In this document: positions 51,549-60,422 of the stretch, in pieces | Numbering within the stretch: the stretch's first letter is position 1 | Layout: every line of letters begins with the position of its first letter | Source: Alphaproteobacteria bacterium | Lineage (GTDB): Bacteria; Pseudomonadota; Alphaproteobacteria; JANQMY01 | DNA: 64,000 nucleotides | Reading direction: 5' to 3' | Assembly (NCBI GenBank): GCA_965228775.1 | Contig: OZ245840.1 | Location: 2,839,862-2,903,861 of the forward strand | Position numbers and translations under genes: made by a program | Notes under the pieces: model-generated | What the model was told of the DNA's origin: nothing | Databases searched by the model: none | What the model saw: the letters and a program-made list of their open reading frames with translations, nothing else

Positions 51549-53078
51549 ATGACCGTTGCTCATGTCACCACCGTTGCCTTTCAAGGCATCGACGCGCGCA
51601 AGGTGGATGTGCAGGTGCATATCGATCAGGGCCTGCCCTATTTTCAGGTGGTGGGCTTGCCCGACAAGGCGGTGGGTGAGGCACGCGACCGCGTGCGGGC
51701 GGCCTTATCGGCCATCGGTTTGGCCTTGCCGCCCAAACGCATTGTGGTGAATTTGGCCCCGGCGGATTTGCCCAAGGAAGGCAGTCATTTCGATCTGCCG
51801 ATTGCGCTCGGTTTGTTGGTGGCCACCAATGTGCTGTCTCAAAGCGATTTGGATTCCTATCTCGCGCTGGGGGAGCTTGCGCTGGACGGGTCCCTTGCGC
51901 CGGTGATTGGCGTCTTGCCCGCGGCGCTGGCAGCAGCCACACAGGATAAAGGCCTCATCTGCCCGGAAGCTTGCGGGCCCGAAGGGGCCTGGGCCGGGTC
52001 GGTGGAAATCTTGGCGCCCCAAACCCTCCTCACACTGATCAATCATTTCAAGGACCGGTCGGTGCTGACACCGCCGAAACCCCATACGTCTGTCACTAAG
52101 TCGAACCTGCCGGATCTTGCGGACATCAAGGGGCAAGAAACGCCCAAGCGCGCGCTCGAAATCGCGGCGGCGGGCGGCCATAACCTATTGATGATCGGGC
52201 CGCCTGGGTCCGGCAAATCCATGCTGGCGCAGCGCCTGCCCGGCCTGTTGCCGCCGCTGTCGGCGCGGGAAGCGCTGGACGTGTCCATGATTTCGTCCTT
52301 GGCCGGGTTGTTGACCGAAGGGCGCATCAGCCAGGACCGGCCGTTTCGCGCGCCCCACCATTCGGCCAGCATGGCGGCCCTGGTGGGGGGCGGGCACCGG
52401 GCAAAGCCGGGCGAGATCTCGCTTGCGCATAATGGGGTGTTATTTCTGGACGAGCTGCCGGAATTCCAGCGTCAGGCGCTCGATTCCCTGCGCCAGCCCT
52501 TGGAAAGCGGTGAAGCGGTGGTGGCCCGGGCCAATGCCCATGTGACCTATCCGGCACGCGTGCAATTGGTGGCCGCCATGAATCCCTGCCGCTGCGGGTA
52601 TTTGGGGGATGCCGCCATGGCGTGCAGCCGGGCGCCCAAATGCGGGGCGGATTACCAGGCGCGCATTTCGGGGCCCCTGCTCGACCGTATCGACCTGCAT
52701 GTGGAAGTGGCCGCCGTGCGGCCAACGGATTTGTCCTTGCCGCGTGACAGCGAGACGTCGGCGGAAGTGGCCGCGCGCATCGCGGCGGCCCGCACCGTTC
52801 AAACAAATCGGTATACGGAGTTATTGGGGGCGGATAGCGAGGTACGGCTGAACGCTCAGATCGAAGGCGATGTGCTGGACCAAGTGGCCACGCCCAATGA
52901 TGATGGCCTTGCCCTGCTTACCCGCGCCGCCGACAGCATGCGCCTGTCGGCCCGGGGCTATCACCGTGTGCTGCGCGTGGCGCGCACGATCGCGGATCTC
53001 GATAGTGCCGCCAGCGTGGAGCGCCCTCACATTGCCGAAGCCCTCAGCTTCCGCCGGCCGATTTATGCGCTGGGGTGA
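51549..53078 (+). CDS. comM: ComM/YifB Mg-chelatase-like AAA+ ATPase
   Basis: Motifs VGLPD.AV.EAR.RVR, NLAPADLPKEG, GPPGSGKS, PFRAPHH and LVAAMNPC.CG. Confidence 0.97.
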   Translation: MTVAHVTTVAFQGIDARKVDVQVHIDQGLPYFQVVGLPDKAVGEARDRVRAALSAIGLALPPKRIVVNLAPADLPKEGSHFDLPIALGLLVATNVLSQSDLDSYLALGELALDGSLAPVIGVLPAALAAATQDKGLICPEACGPEGAWAGSVEILAPQTLLTLINHFKDRSVLTPPKPHTSVTKSNLPDLADIKGQETPKRALEIAAAGGHNLLMIGPPGSGKSMLAQRLPGLLPPLSAREALDVSMISSLAGLLTEGRISQDRPFRAPHHSASMAALVGGGHRAKPGEISLAHNGVLFLDELPEFQRQALDSLRQPLESGEAVVARANAHVTYPARVQLVAAMNPCRCGYLGDAAMACSRAPKCGADYQARISGPLLDRIDLHVEVAAVRPTDLSLPRDSETSAEVAARIAAARTVQTNRYTELLGADSEVRLNAQIEGDVLDQVATPNDDGLALLTRAADSMRLSARGYHRVLRVARTIADLDSAASVERPHIAEALSFRRPIYALG

Positions 53079-53239
53079 GATTTTGGTCCCTAGGGTTCGG
53101 CTTCCGACTCGTTTGGTAAGGTTTACACCGAGAAATCAGCGCATTTCGCCAGGTGTATATGGTGCTTATTTCTAGAAAAGTTTGGTGTTCGTGACGTTGA
53201 TCACTTTACGGTCGCCAGGAGAGTTGGAATGGTCTTGCA

Positions 53240-54133
53240 ATGTCGTCTGATTTAAACACAAACAAGTCCATCAATTGGGTTCAAGAAATTGGTCCCATAC
53301 TAGCTGGGTTTCAGCTAGCGACAGCGTTTGTTGGTTTTTTTGGGATCGGCGCCTTCGCAAGCTGGGTTCTGGTGCGTTGGCGGCCTTTCACCCATTGGGT
53401 TTGGGACAACTTTTTTGGCTGGTTACAGCTTCCCGCGATAACCGAGCCAGAAAAAGACGCTTTAACCGCGGTGGTTTTCTTCTTGCCAATGGCGTTTTGG
53501 TCGTTGATCCGCAGATTCTATTTTGAGGCAGAGGATATCGTCACTCTGTTCACCGTGTTGGCAGCGACAATCGCATCGCTGGGGTTTGTTTTTCTTGTGG
53601 GGGGCAGTTTGATCCAAGACACATTTTCGTCTGCATACGGCGTTATTAGCCAAGACTCAATAACCGAAATGCCAAAATTACTCCCCATCTATCTCCTTGC
53701 ATTCACACTCTTTTTTGTCGGCGCCGCCATTACGACGGTTGTTCTTTTTATGCGAAAGAGGAATCGCGATTACCTATCGCTTCGCTCGGCAATGGAAACT
53801 GCAAGACAAGCGGACAAAGATGACTGGGCTCCTTACGAAATTGTTGACCAACTAAGACAGTCTTTATTTAGATACGATGTTTACCAGCATAGATTCGTTG
53901 TCTCTGGTCTTCTGCTTACGCTCCCAGTTCTAATGGCGGCTTCTGCTGCTCCGGAAGTAGGTCTAATTCGATCAATATCTTTCGTCGGTGTGTTGCTCTG
54001 TCTCGTCCTTACATTGCAATTCGATCCCAGACGAATCTTAGTGACGACTGGGGCTTTTTCAGCATTCATATTATCAAGCGCTTTTTACGAAACCGCGATT
54101 TGGATTTCGGATCTGATGGGACAGGTCAGTTAG
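53240..54133 (+). CDS. Hypothetical multi-TM membrane protein, AT-richer than its flanks
   Basis: 297-aa ORF with several hydrophobic segments and atypical codon usage; no motif recognised. Confidence 0.7.
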   Translation: MSSDLNTNKSINWVQEIGPILAGFQLATAFVGFFGIGAFASWVLVRWRPFTHWVWDNFFGWLQLPAITEPEKDALTAVVFFLPMAFWSLIRRFYFEAEDIVTLFTVLAATIASLGFVFLVGGSLIQDTFSSAYGVISQDSITEMPKLLPIYLLAFTLFFVGAAITTVVLFMRKRNRDYLSLRSAMETARQADKDDWAPYEIVDQLRQSLFRYDVYQHRFVVSGLLLTLPVLMAASAAPEVGLIRSISFVGVLLCLVLTLQFDPRRILVTTGAFSAFILSSAFYETAIWISDLMGQVS

Positions 54134-54205
54134 CAGAAACAGGTAGAGCGGAAACCTGTGGCTCCGGCTTGCCTACGCCCCCACATTGCCGAAAGCATCT
54201 AAGTA

Positions 54206-54285
54206 CGGTGACAGTGCACTTAATTATAGAAACTATCGCTTCGAAAACTTCAGTTCGTCAAATTTCGGTGACAGTGCACCAAATT
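54206..54285. repeat. Direct repeat pair CGGTGACAGTGCAC, 60-bp period
   Basis: Exact 14-mers at 54206-54219 and 54266-54279, each followed by ..AATT. Confidence 0.8.
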
Positions 54286-54613
54286 GACACCGTTTCCACT
54301 TGTTCCTGTGGAGTTGATTTGGCTCCGATGAACTTGTTGGTTAAGCCCGGCAAGGACGTTCTTCAATTTGGTTGAATCGTGGACTTGGCCTCTTGAAAGC
54401 CATCGATCCTTGAGGTCAGCGAACTATAAGCGTATCTTATATTCCGTTGGCTCTTTGACATGTGAATAGGTTGTGCTTATGCAGGTTTCCTCGCTTGCAG
54501 AGGGAGGTATGCCCTGAAAAATTGGATGGACCCCATGCGCCCATGAATTGCGCCCAACCGGATATACCTATCGTTAACAACTCTTAACTTTGTAAACCTT
54601 TCAAATTGTCCCC

Positions 54614-54628
54614 TTAACAGGTGATTAA
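54614..54628. promoter_or_regulatory. CtrA-binding site
   Basis: Exact TTAA-N7-TTAA (TTAAcaggtgaTTAA), with extra TTAAC half-sites at 54574 and 54584. Confidence 0.7.
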
Positions 54629-54699
54629 TCCGCCCCTCACAGACTGGTTACCATCAGGGATTTACCCCGGTTTGGGGCGCAGTTTGGGGCTGAGTAAGT

Positions 54700-55422
54700 A
54701 TGGGCGTTTTGGGTTGGCACAATTTGGACCGGATGCGGGAGCTGTGTGTCCGCTGGCCGCTCCGGTCGGCGACGGCCGCGGGTTTTGGTGCAGCCCTGCT
54801 GACCCTGCCCGTTTATGCTCCGGCGGCAGGCGCATTCATGGCGGCCTCCTTCTTCCCGCCGGTGGCGCCGAGAGCCAAACCCGCCGCTGAGCCCTATGAC
54901 CTGGCGACGCAGCGTGAGTTGAGACCCCGGGCGGTGAAATGGACGCTGCACGCCCGCACAGATGCTGGCGATCCGCAGACAGAGGATTTTCTGCCCTTGC
55001 TCCACATCTCGACGGATGGAGCCGACCCGGTATTCCGGCGCGACATGGCCAGTCTGGAAGAGCTGGGTCTTGTGGATGGCGTCGTCACGGCGGAACTTCC
55101 CGTGCTTGCCACTTTCGGCAATAAGGGTGCGTGGCTTAAACCCTTTGTGGGGGGCAGTTTGGCGCTCACGCAGTCTTACGCCGATACGGGCCATAACCGG
55201 TTGATCGTGATTACCGACCCCGATGCGGTTATCCGGTTTCAGGGAACGGCAGGCCTGTCGTTATTGTCGAATGGGCCGGCGGAACTGCAGCTGTTTTACC
55301 GCTACATCAAATTTACCGATCCAAGCCTGCGGCCTTCGGCGTCTCTCTTGGCGCTCACGGATACGCTCACATCCAGTCAGCGCCAGCATGAGGTGATGAT
55401 GGGGTGGCGGTTAAAGTTCTAA
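54700..55422 (+). CDS. Hypothetical protein with an outer-membrane beta-barrel-like C-terminal half
   Basis: Signal-like N-terminus; strand-like segments LKPFVGG.L, FQ..AGL and L.YRY; terminal beta-signal GWRLKF. Confidence 0.6.
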   Translation: MGVLGWHNLDRMRELCVRWPLRSATAAGFGAALLTLPVYAPAAGAFMAASFFPPVAPRAKPAAEPYDLATQRELRPRAVKWTLHARTDAGDPQTEDFLPLLHISTDGADPVFRRDMASLEELGLVDGVVTAELPVLATFGNKGAWLKPFVGGSLALTQSYADTGHNRLIVITDPDAVIRFQGTAGLSLLSNGPAELQLFYRYIKFTDPSLRPSASLLALTDTLTSSQRQHEVMMGWRLKF

Positions 55423-55441
55423 CTAGGTGTGTACAGATTAA

Positions 55442-57670
55442 TTAGAAGGGTGCCGCCAGACCCGTATCCCGGCTGTCTTCCGGTTGGGGCTTCTGCATGG
55501 AAAGCGCCCAACGCTGAACTTTCTCGGAAAGCTGAAGGGGGTCCACCGGTTTCGACAGATAGTCGTCCATGCCTGCTTCCTCGCAGCGGTCTTTGTCTTC
55601 CATCATGGCATTCGCGGTAAGGGCTATGATCGGAATGTGGGAAAACTCGCTTGCTCTCAGCTGGCGCGTGGCTTCGAGCCCATCCACCTTGGGCATATGA
55701 ATATCCATCAGGATCAAGTCGTAACTGGCCTTCTTGACGGCCACCAAGACTTCCGCGCCATTCTCGGCCACATCCACCACGTGACCTTCGCGGGTCAACA
55801 GCGTTCTGGCCAGCAGGGCATTCACCTGATTGTCTTCAGCCAGAAGAATACGGACGGAGGCTTCGTCCGTCGCGTCTTCGCCTGCCGGTTCGACGGATTC
55901 GGGTTTGTCCAGGCGGGCGCCATCGATGGTCGCGCTGTTCTGTAGTTGGGCAATGAGGGAGCGCTGACGGATCGGCTTCAGCAAATAGCCGTCAAAGCCG
56001 AATTCCTCGACCGCGGTGAGTTTAGACTGATCCCCCAGCGGCAACAAAATCATCCGCCGCGGCGTCGGCGCATTGTTGGTGTCCGCATCACGGGCGGCGT
56101 GCTCGCAAACCATTTGCCCGCAGTCCGGCGCGGCTTCTCCATCGCAGATGATGGCCGTGAAGAATTGTCCGTTTGCGGATTGAGTGTAGATGGCTTCGCA
56201 AGCAGCGCTGCCCCCTTCAGCCGTGGTCACGGTAGCGCCCAAAGCGCGCAGATCGTCCGACAGGCTGGTTTGGGTGACCTCGCCAGCCCCAACCAAGAGC
56301 ACATTGTGACCGCTCAGCGTATCGCCTGATGCCACTTTGCGGCCGTCATTTACGCTGGGCAGAACCACCTCAAACCAGAAGGTGGACCCTTCGCCATCCA
56401 CGCTTTCCACGCCGATAGACCCGCCCATGGCCTCGATGATGCGTTTGGAGATGGCAAGGCCCAACCCGGTGCTTCCCTGGGCTTGTTCAGGCGACAGCTC
56501 GCCCTGTTCGAATTCCTCAAACAGCCGGTCTTGATCCGCCGGTGCGATACCGGGGCCCGTATCCCGAACCGAAAAGCGCAAGGCGACCTTGCTTTCTTGT
56601 TTTTCCTTTTTGCGGCTCACGGATACGGAAACGCCGCCTTCGCTGGTGAATTTCAGGGCGTTGCCCACTAGGTTAAACAGCACCTGACGCAAACGTCCTT
56701 CGTCGGCGAGAACCAATGGCGGCACGTCGGGCGCCACCTGGACCGCGAAATCCACATTCTTGTTGAAGGCGCGCGGTGCCAGCAATTCGGCCATGCGTTC
56801 GACCATGAAGCGGATATCGACACCGATCGGGTTGAGACCGATCTTGCCGGATTCGATCTTTGAATAGTCTAGAATATCGTTGATCAGCGTCAGCAGGCCT
56901 TCACCGGACTGCTGAATGGCGGATGCATAGGTGCGCTGGTCGGGGGTCTGTTCCGATTCCAGCAGCAAGCCGGTCATGCCCAGAATACCATTCATCGGTG
57001 TACGGATTTCATGGCTCATGGTGGCCAGGAAACGGCTTTTGGCGCGGTTGGCTTTGTCCGCCCCGATCCGGGCTTCTTCCAGCTGCTCCTCAAGCTCCTT
57101 ACGGGGGGTGATGTCGCGGCCGATGCTTTGGAATTCGATCACATGGCCCATGCGGTCGCGAATGGCGCACCGTTCCCAGGCAAACCAGCGCCAGCCCTTG
57201 ACGGTCTGCATGAACTGATCGCGCTTTTGCCGGTCGGTGCCGTCCGGGAGATAGGACCAATTGTGGGTCGCTTGGTCCGATCCGTCGGCCTTTGTTTTGG
57301 GATAGAACTGGCGGCCGAGCACGGCGTCTGCTTGCAGGCCAAAGGTCGAGCAGAAGATGTCGTTGACGAAAGTGAGCTGGCCTTCCGTGTCGCAGCGGAC
57401 GATCACATCACCCTGGCTGGTGACCAGGCTTCGAAAGCGGGCTTCGCTGCGGCGCAAGCGAGCCCCAAGCCGCCGCAGCTTGCGCAGTTTTGCCCGCTGG
57501 TCCAGGAAGGCATAGGTCAGAAGGCCCGCGCCCATCACCATGATGCCGGACAGGAACAGGGCCTCTCTGGAAGGCGGGTCGGTCCGCAGAATCTGGTCTA
57601 AGGCCGCTATCCCGATGATGAAAATGCCGATCACGGCGATACTTAAAGCGGCTGATTTTTCTTTAACCAT
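55442..57670 (-). CDS. Hybrid sensor histidine kinase (2 TM-PAS-DHp-CA-pseudoREC-REC), ShkA-like
   Basis: H-box FLATMSHEIRTP; N, G1 and G2 boxes; degenerate REC1 ending GYLLKPIRQRSL; REC2 with ILLAEDN...LILMDIHMP. Confidence 0.93.
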   Translation of the reverse strand: MVKEKSAALSIAVIGIFIIGIAALDQILRTDPPSREALFLSGIMVMGAGLLTYAFLDQRAKLRKLRRLGARLRRSEARFRSLVTSQGDVIVRCDTEGQLTFVNDIFCSTFGLQADAVLGRQFYPKTKADGSDQATHNWSYLPDGTDRQKRDQFMQTVKGWRWFAWERCAIRDRMGHVIEFQSIGRDITPRKELEEQLEEARIGADKANRAKSRFLATMSHEIRTPMNGILGMTGLLLESEQTPDQRTYASAIQQSGEGLLTLINDILDYSKIESGKIGLNPIGVDIRFMVERMAELLAPRAFNKNVDFAVQVAPDVPPLVLADEGRLRQVLFNLVGNALKFTSEGGVSVSVSRKKEKQESKVALRFSVRDTGPGIAPADQDRLFEEFEQGELSPEQAQGSTGLGLAISKRIIEAMGGSIGVESVDGEGSTFWFEVVLPSVNDGRKVASGDTLSGHNVLLVGAGEVTQTSLSDDLRALGATVTTAEGGSAACEAIYTQSANGQFFTAIICDGEAAPDCGQMVCEHAARDADTNNAPTPRRMILLPLGDQSKLTAVEEFGFDGYLLKPIRQRSLIAQLQNSATIDGARLDKPESVEPAGEDATDEASVRILLAEDNQVNALLARTLLTREGHVVDVAENGAEVLVAVKKASYDLILMDIHMPKVDGLEATRQLRASEFSHIPIIALTANAMMEDKDRCEEAGMDDYLSKPVDPLQLSEKVQRWALSMQKPQPEDSRDTGLAAPF

Positions 57671-57756
57671 GAAGCGGTGCCCAACGTCCCAACTGTGACC
57701 AATACAATGGGCAATTAGACTGCAGTCTTCTGGACAACCGGTTAACGGCGTGGAGG

Positions 57757-59247
57757 TTACTTCTTGGGTGTTGCCGGTGCCTCACCAAGGGATGCCGCAG
57801 GTTCCGGCGCCATTACGGGCGTCTTGGCGGTTTCTTCTTCAGCTGCGGCCCTGCGCATTAAGATGATGGTAAGGATGACAGCCGGTATCCCCAACACGGC
57901 GGCATAGGTGAAGAAGTTAATGTAGCCGAAGGCATCGACCACCTGGCCGGAGAAGCCGCCGACAAACTTGCCCGGCAGGGTAAAGAGTGAGCTGAACAGA
58001 GCATATTGTGTGGCGGTATAGGCCGTGTTGGTCAGGCTCGACATATAGGCGATGAAGGCGGCGCTAGCGAAACCGGCGCTGAAATTGTCCGCGCAGATCG
58101 TCATGCCCAAATGGATCAGGCGGGCGGTGTTGGTCTCAAGGCCGGGCACCGCGTAGGCCAAATAGGCGAACACCAAATTCGTCAGGACCATAAAGACGGC
58201 ACCTGCAAGCAAGGGCCGCATGATGCCGAAGCGGACCACCAGCAAGCCTCCGGCGAGGGCGCCCACAGCCGTCATGATCACGCCGTAAATCTTGATGATG
58301 CTGGCGATCTCGGCCTTGGTGTAGCCCATGTCGATGTAAAACGGGTTGGCCATGATGCCCATGGTGATGTCGCTCAAGCGGTAGAGCCCGATAAAGGCCA
58401 GGATCAGAATGGCGCTGACGAAACCGATGCGCGAGAAGAAGTCGACAATGGGGCTCACGACCGCGCCGGAGAACCAGGCCGCCGTGCGCGCCATGGGGCC
58501 GCTGAGCGTCTTGCCGAACAAAAGCTCGTCCAGCTCTTCTTCGCGCTTCTTTGTTTCTTCCGACACCTTATGAGGCGGTTCGGCGATCAATAGAACGGTC
58601 ACCATGCCAACGCCCATGCAAGCTGCCATGGTCATGTAGGCGGCGGGCCAGGAGACAAATTCCGCCGTGTACAGAGCACCGGCGCCGGCCACGATCAGCG
58701 CGATACGGTAACCGAGCTGATAGGTTGCCGCCATGGCCGCTTGAAAATCTTCTTCTGCGGCTTCGATGCGGTAGGCATCAATGGTGATGTCCTGGGTCGC
58801 CGCGGAGAAGGCGATCAATAAGGCGAGTAAGGCGACGTGGGTGAGGTTTTCGCCTGGATTGCTGGAGGCGATGCCGATAAGGCCGATGACGATCCCAATC
58901 TGCGCCAGCAACATCCAGCTGCGCCGTTTTCCGAGCAGGCCGGTGAGGTAAGGCAGGGGCATCCGGTCCACGACTGGGGCCCAGAAGACCTTGATGGAGA
59001 ACATCAGGCCGACCCAGCTGAAATATCCGATTTGGGACCGGCTCACATCGCTTTCGGTGAGCCAAACGGAAAGCGTCGAGAAGATGAGAAGAAAGGGAAG
59101 CCCTGCCGAGAACCCCAGCAGCAGCATGATCAGGACCGGCAGGTGGAGATAGACCTGGAATGATTCAAACCAGGTTTTCTGCGGCGCCCCGGCTGCTCCG
59201 TTTGAAAGAGTTTGTGACGGTGAATGTGTGCTGGTGCTGTCCGTCAT
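57757..59247 (-). CDS. ampG: AmpG family muropeptide MFS permease
   Basis: Motifs LGFSAGLP, K..WAPVVD, GKRRSW, ATQDITIDAYRIE and YTATQYALFSS. Confidence 0.93.
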   Translation of the reverse strand: MTDSTSTHSPSQTLSNGAAGAPQKTWFESFQVYLHLPVLIMLLLGFSAGLPFLLIFSTLSVWLTESDVSRSQIGYFSWVGLMFSIKVFWAPVVDRMPLPYLTGLLGKRRSWMLLAQIGIVIGLIGIASSNPGENLTHVALLALLIAFSAATQDITIDAYRIEAAEEDFQAAMAATYQLGYRIALIVAGAGALYTAEFVSWPAAYMTMAACMGVGMVTVLLIAEPPHKVSEETKKREEELDELLFGKTLSGPMARTAAWFSGAVVSPIVDFFSRIGFVSAILILAFIGLYRLSDITMGIMANPFYIDMGYTKAEIASIIKIYGVIMTAVGALAGGLLVVRFGIMRPLLAGAVFMVLTNLVFAYLAYAVPGLETNTARLIHLGMTICADNFSAGFASAAFIAYMSSLTNTAYTATQYALFSSLFTLPGKFVGGFSGQVVDAFGYINFFTYAAVLGIPAVILTIILMRRAAAEEETAKTPVMAPEPAASLGEAPATPKK

Positions 59248-59549
59248 GCCTCAAGCCATCCTTTTACCGGGGAATCACTTTATCCCGAGATTCGCCTACC
59301 ATGCCGCCTGAAAGATGAACATCTCCGGAAAATCCGCCAAAAGTTAGCCGTAATTGGGCCCTACTGTGATGAATTGATTAAATGGGTGGCAATCGCTACA
59401 CTCCCGGCTCGTTTGTTAACCTTCAACAAAGGTTTAAAGCGCAGGGTTTGGATTGTTCGGCGTTGGTGGGGGTAGATGGCAGGTCCCCGCGCTCGTCCCC
59501 AAGTAACGTCCCCTTTTATTGGGGAAAGGTAAGGGCACAAGGCCTGAGG

Positions 59550-60395
59550 ATGACCACGATAGTCGCAAGCGGGCTCAGCCAATCGGTACAAAATGACCAT
59601 CTAGAGGATGCGGGCGCCACGTCGTTTGCGCGCAGCGGCAGTCTGGAGATGCGTCTGGCCGTCACGCCCGCCGAAATCGAAGCGGCCCAGCGCCTGCGCT
59701 ACGATGTTTTCTACGAAGAGATGTCAGCGACCGCCTCGCCGGAAATGGCGGCGGCCAAGCGTGATTTCGACAAGTATGACGAATATTGCGACCATCTCTT
59801 GGTGATCGACCACGATGCCCCTGAGGAGGCATCCGTGGTGGGGACATACCGGCTGCTGCGTCAGGATGTGGCGGAAGCCCATGACGGGTTTTACACCGCC
59901 GGTGAATTCAATATTGAGCCTCTGCTGCAGCGGGCCCCCCAGGGCACCAAGTTCCTGGAGCTGGGCCGTTCCTGTGTGCTGAAGGAATACCGTACGAAGC
60001 ACACCATCGAACTTCTCTGGTACGGCATCATGTCCTATGTGGATCGCCATTCCATGGATGTGATGTTTGGCTGTGCGTCGTTTACCGGCACCAACCCGCA
60101 GGAGCTTGCGCTGCCATTGAGCTTTCTCTACCACACCTACAGGCCGCCCGAAGAATGGGCAGTGCGGGCGCATGATCATTTGCGGGTTGAAATGAACCTG
60201 ATGCCTGAAAGTGAAATCAGTATTCGCGACGCGGTTCGCGCATTGCCGCCTTTGATCAAAGGCTATGTGCGCGCGGGCGCCTATATTGGCGATGGGGCGG
60301 TGATCGATCCGCAATTCGGCACGACCGACGTGCTGATCCTGTTCCCGGTCACGCGCATGAATGACCGCTACCGCTCCAAATTCGCGAAGAACTAG
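59550..60395 (+). CDS. olsB: Ornithine N-acyltransferase (ornithine lipid synthesis, GNAT-like)
   Basis: Motifs AQRLRY.VF..E, D.YD..CDHLLV, VGTYRL, LELGRSCV, FGCAS and PPLIKGY. Start taken as ATG 59550. Confidence 0.85.
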   Translation: MTTIVASGLSQSVQNDHLEDAGATSFARSGSLEMRLAVTPAEIEAAQRLRYDVFYEEMSATASPEMAAAKRDFDKYDEYCDHLLVIDHDAPEEASVVGTYRLLRQDVAEAHDGFYTAGEFNIEPLLQRAPQGTKFLELGRSCVLKEYRTKHTIELLWYGIMSYVDRHSMDVMFGCASFTGTNPQELALPLSFLYHTYRPPEEWAVRAHDHLRVEMNLMPESEISIRDAVRALPPLIKGYVRAGAYIGDGAVIDPQFGTTDVLILFPVTRMNDRYRSKFAKN

Positions 60396-60422
60396 CCCTC
60401 GCTATAATCCGATTTCAGATAA

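Noticed and set aside
46056-53078. yraN-comM as a novel nuclease/ATPase defence system
   Set aside because: rsmI-yraN-gshB-comM is a widespread conserved neighbourhood linked to recombination and transformation.
54206-54285. CRISPR array
   Set aside because: Only two short units and no cas genes or leader; kept as an unexplained direct repeat.
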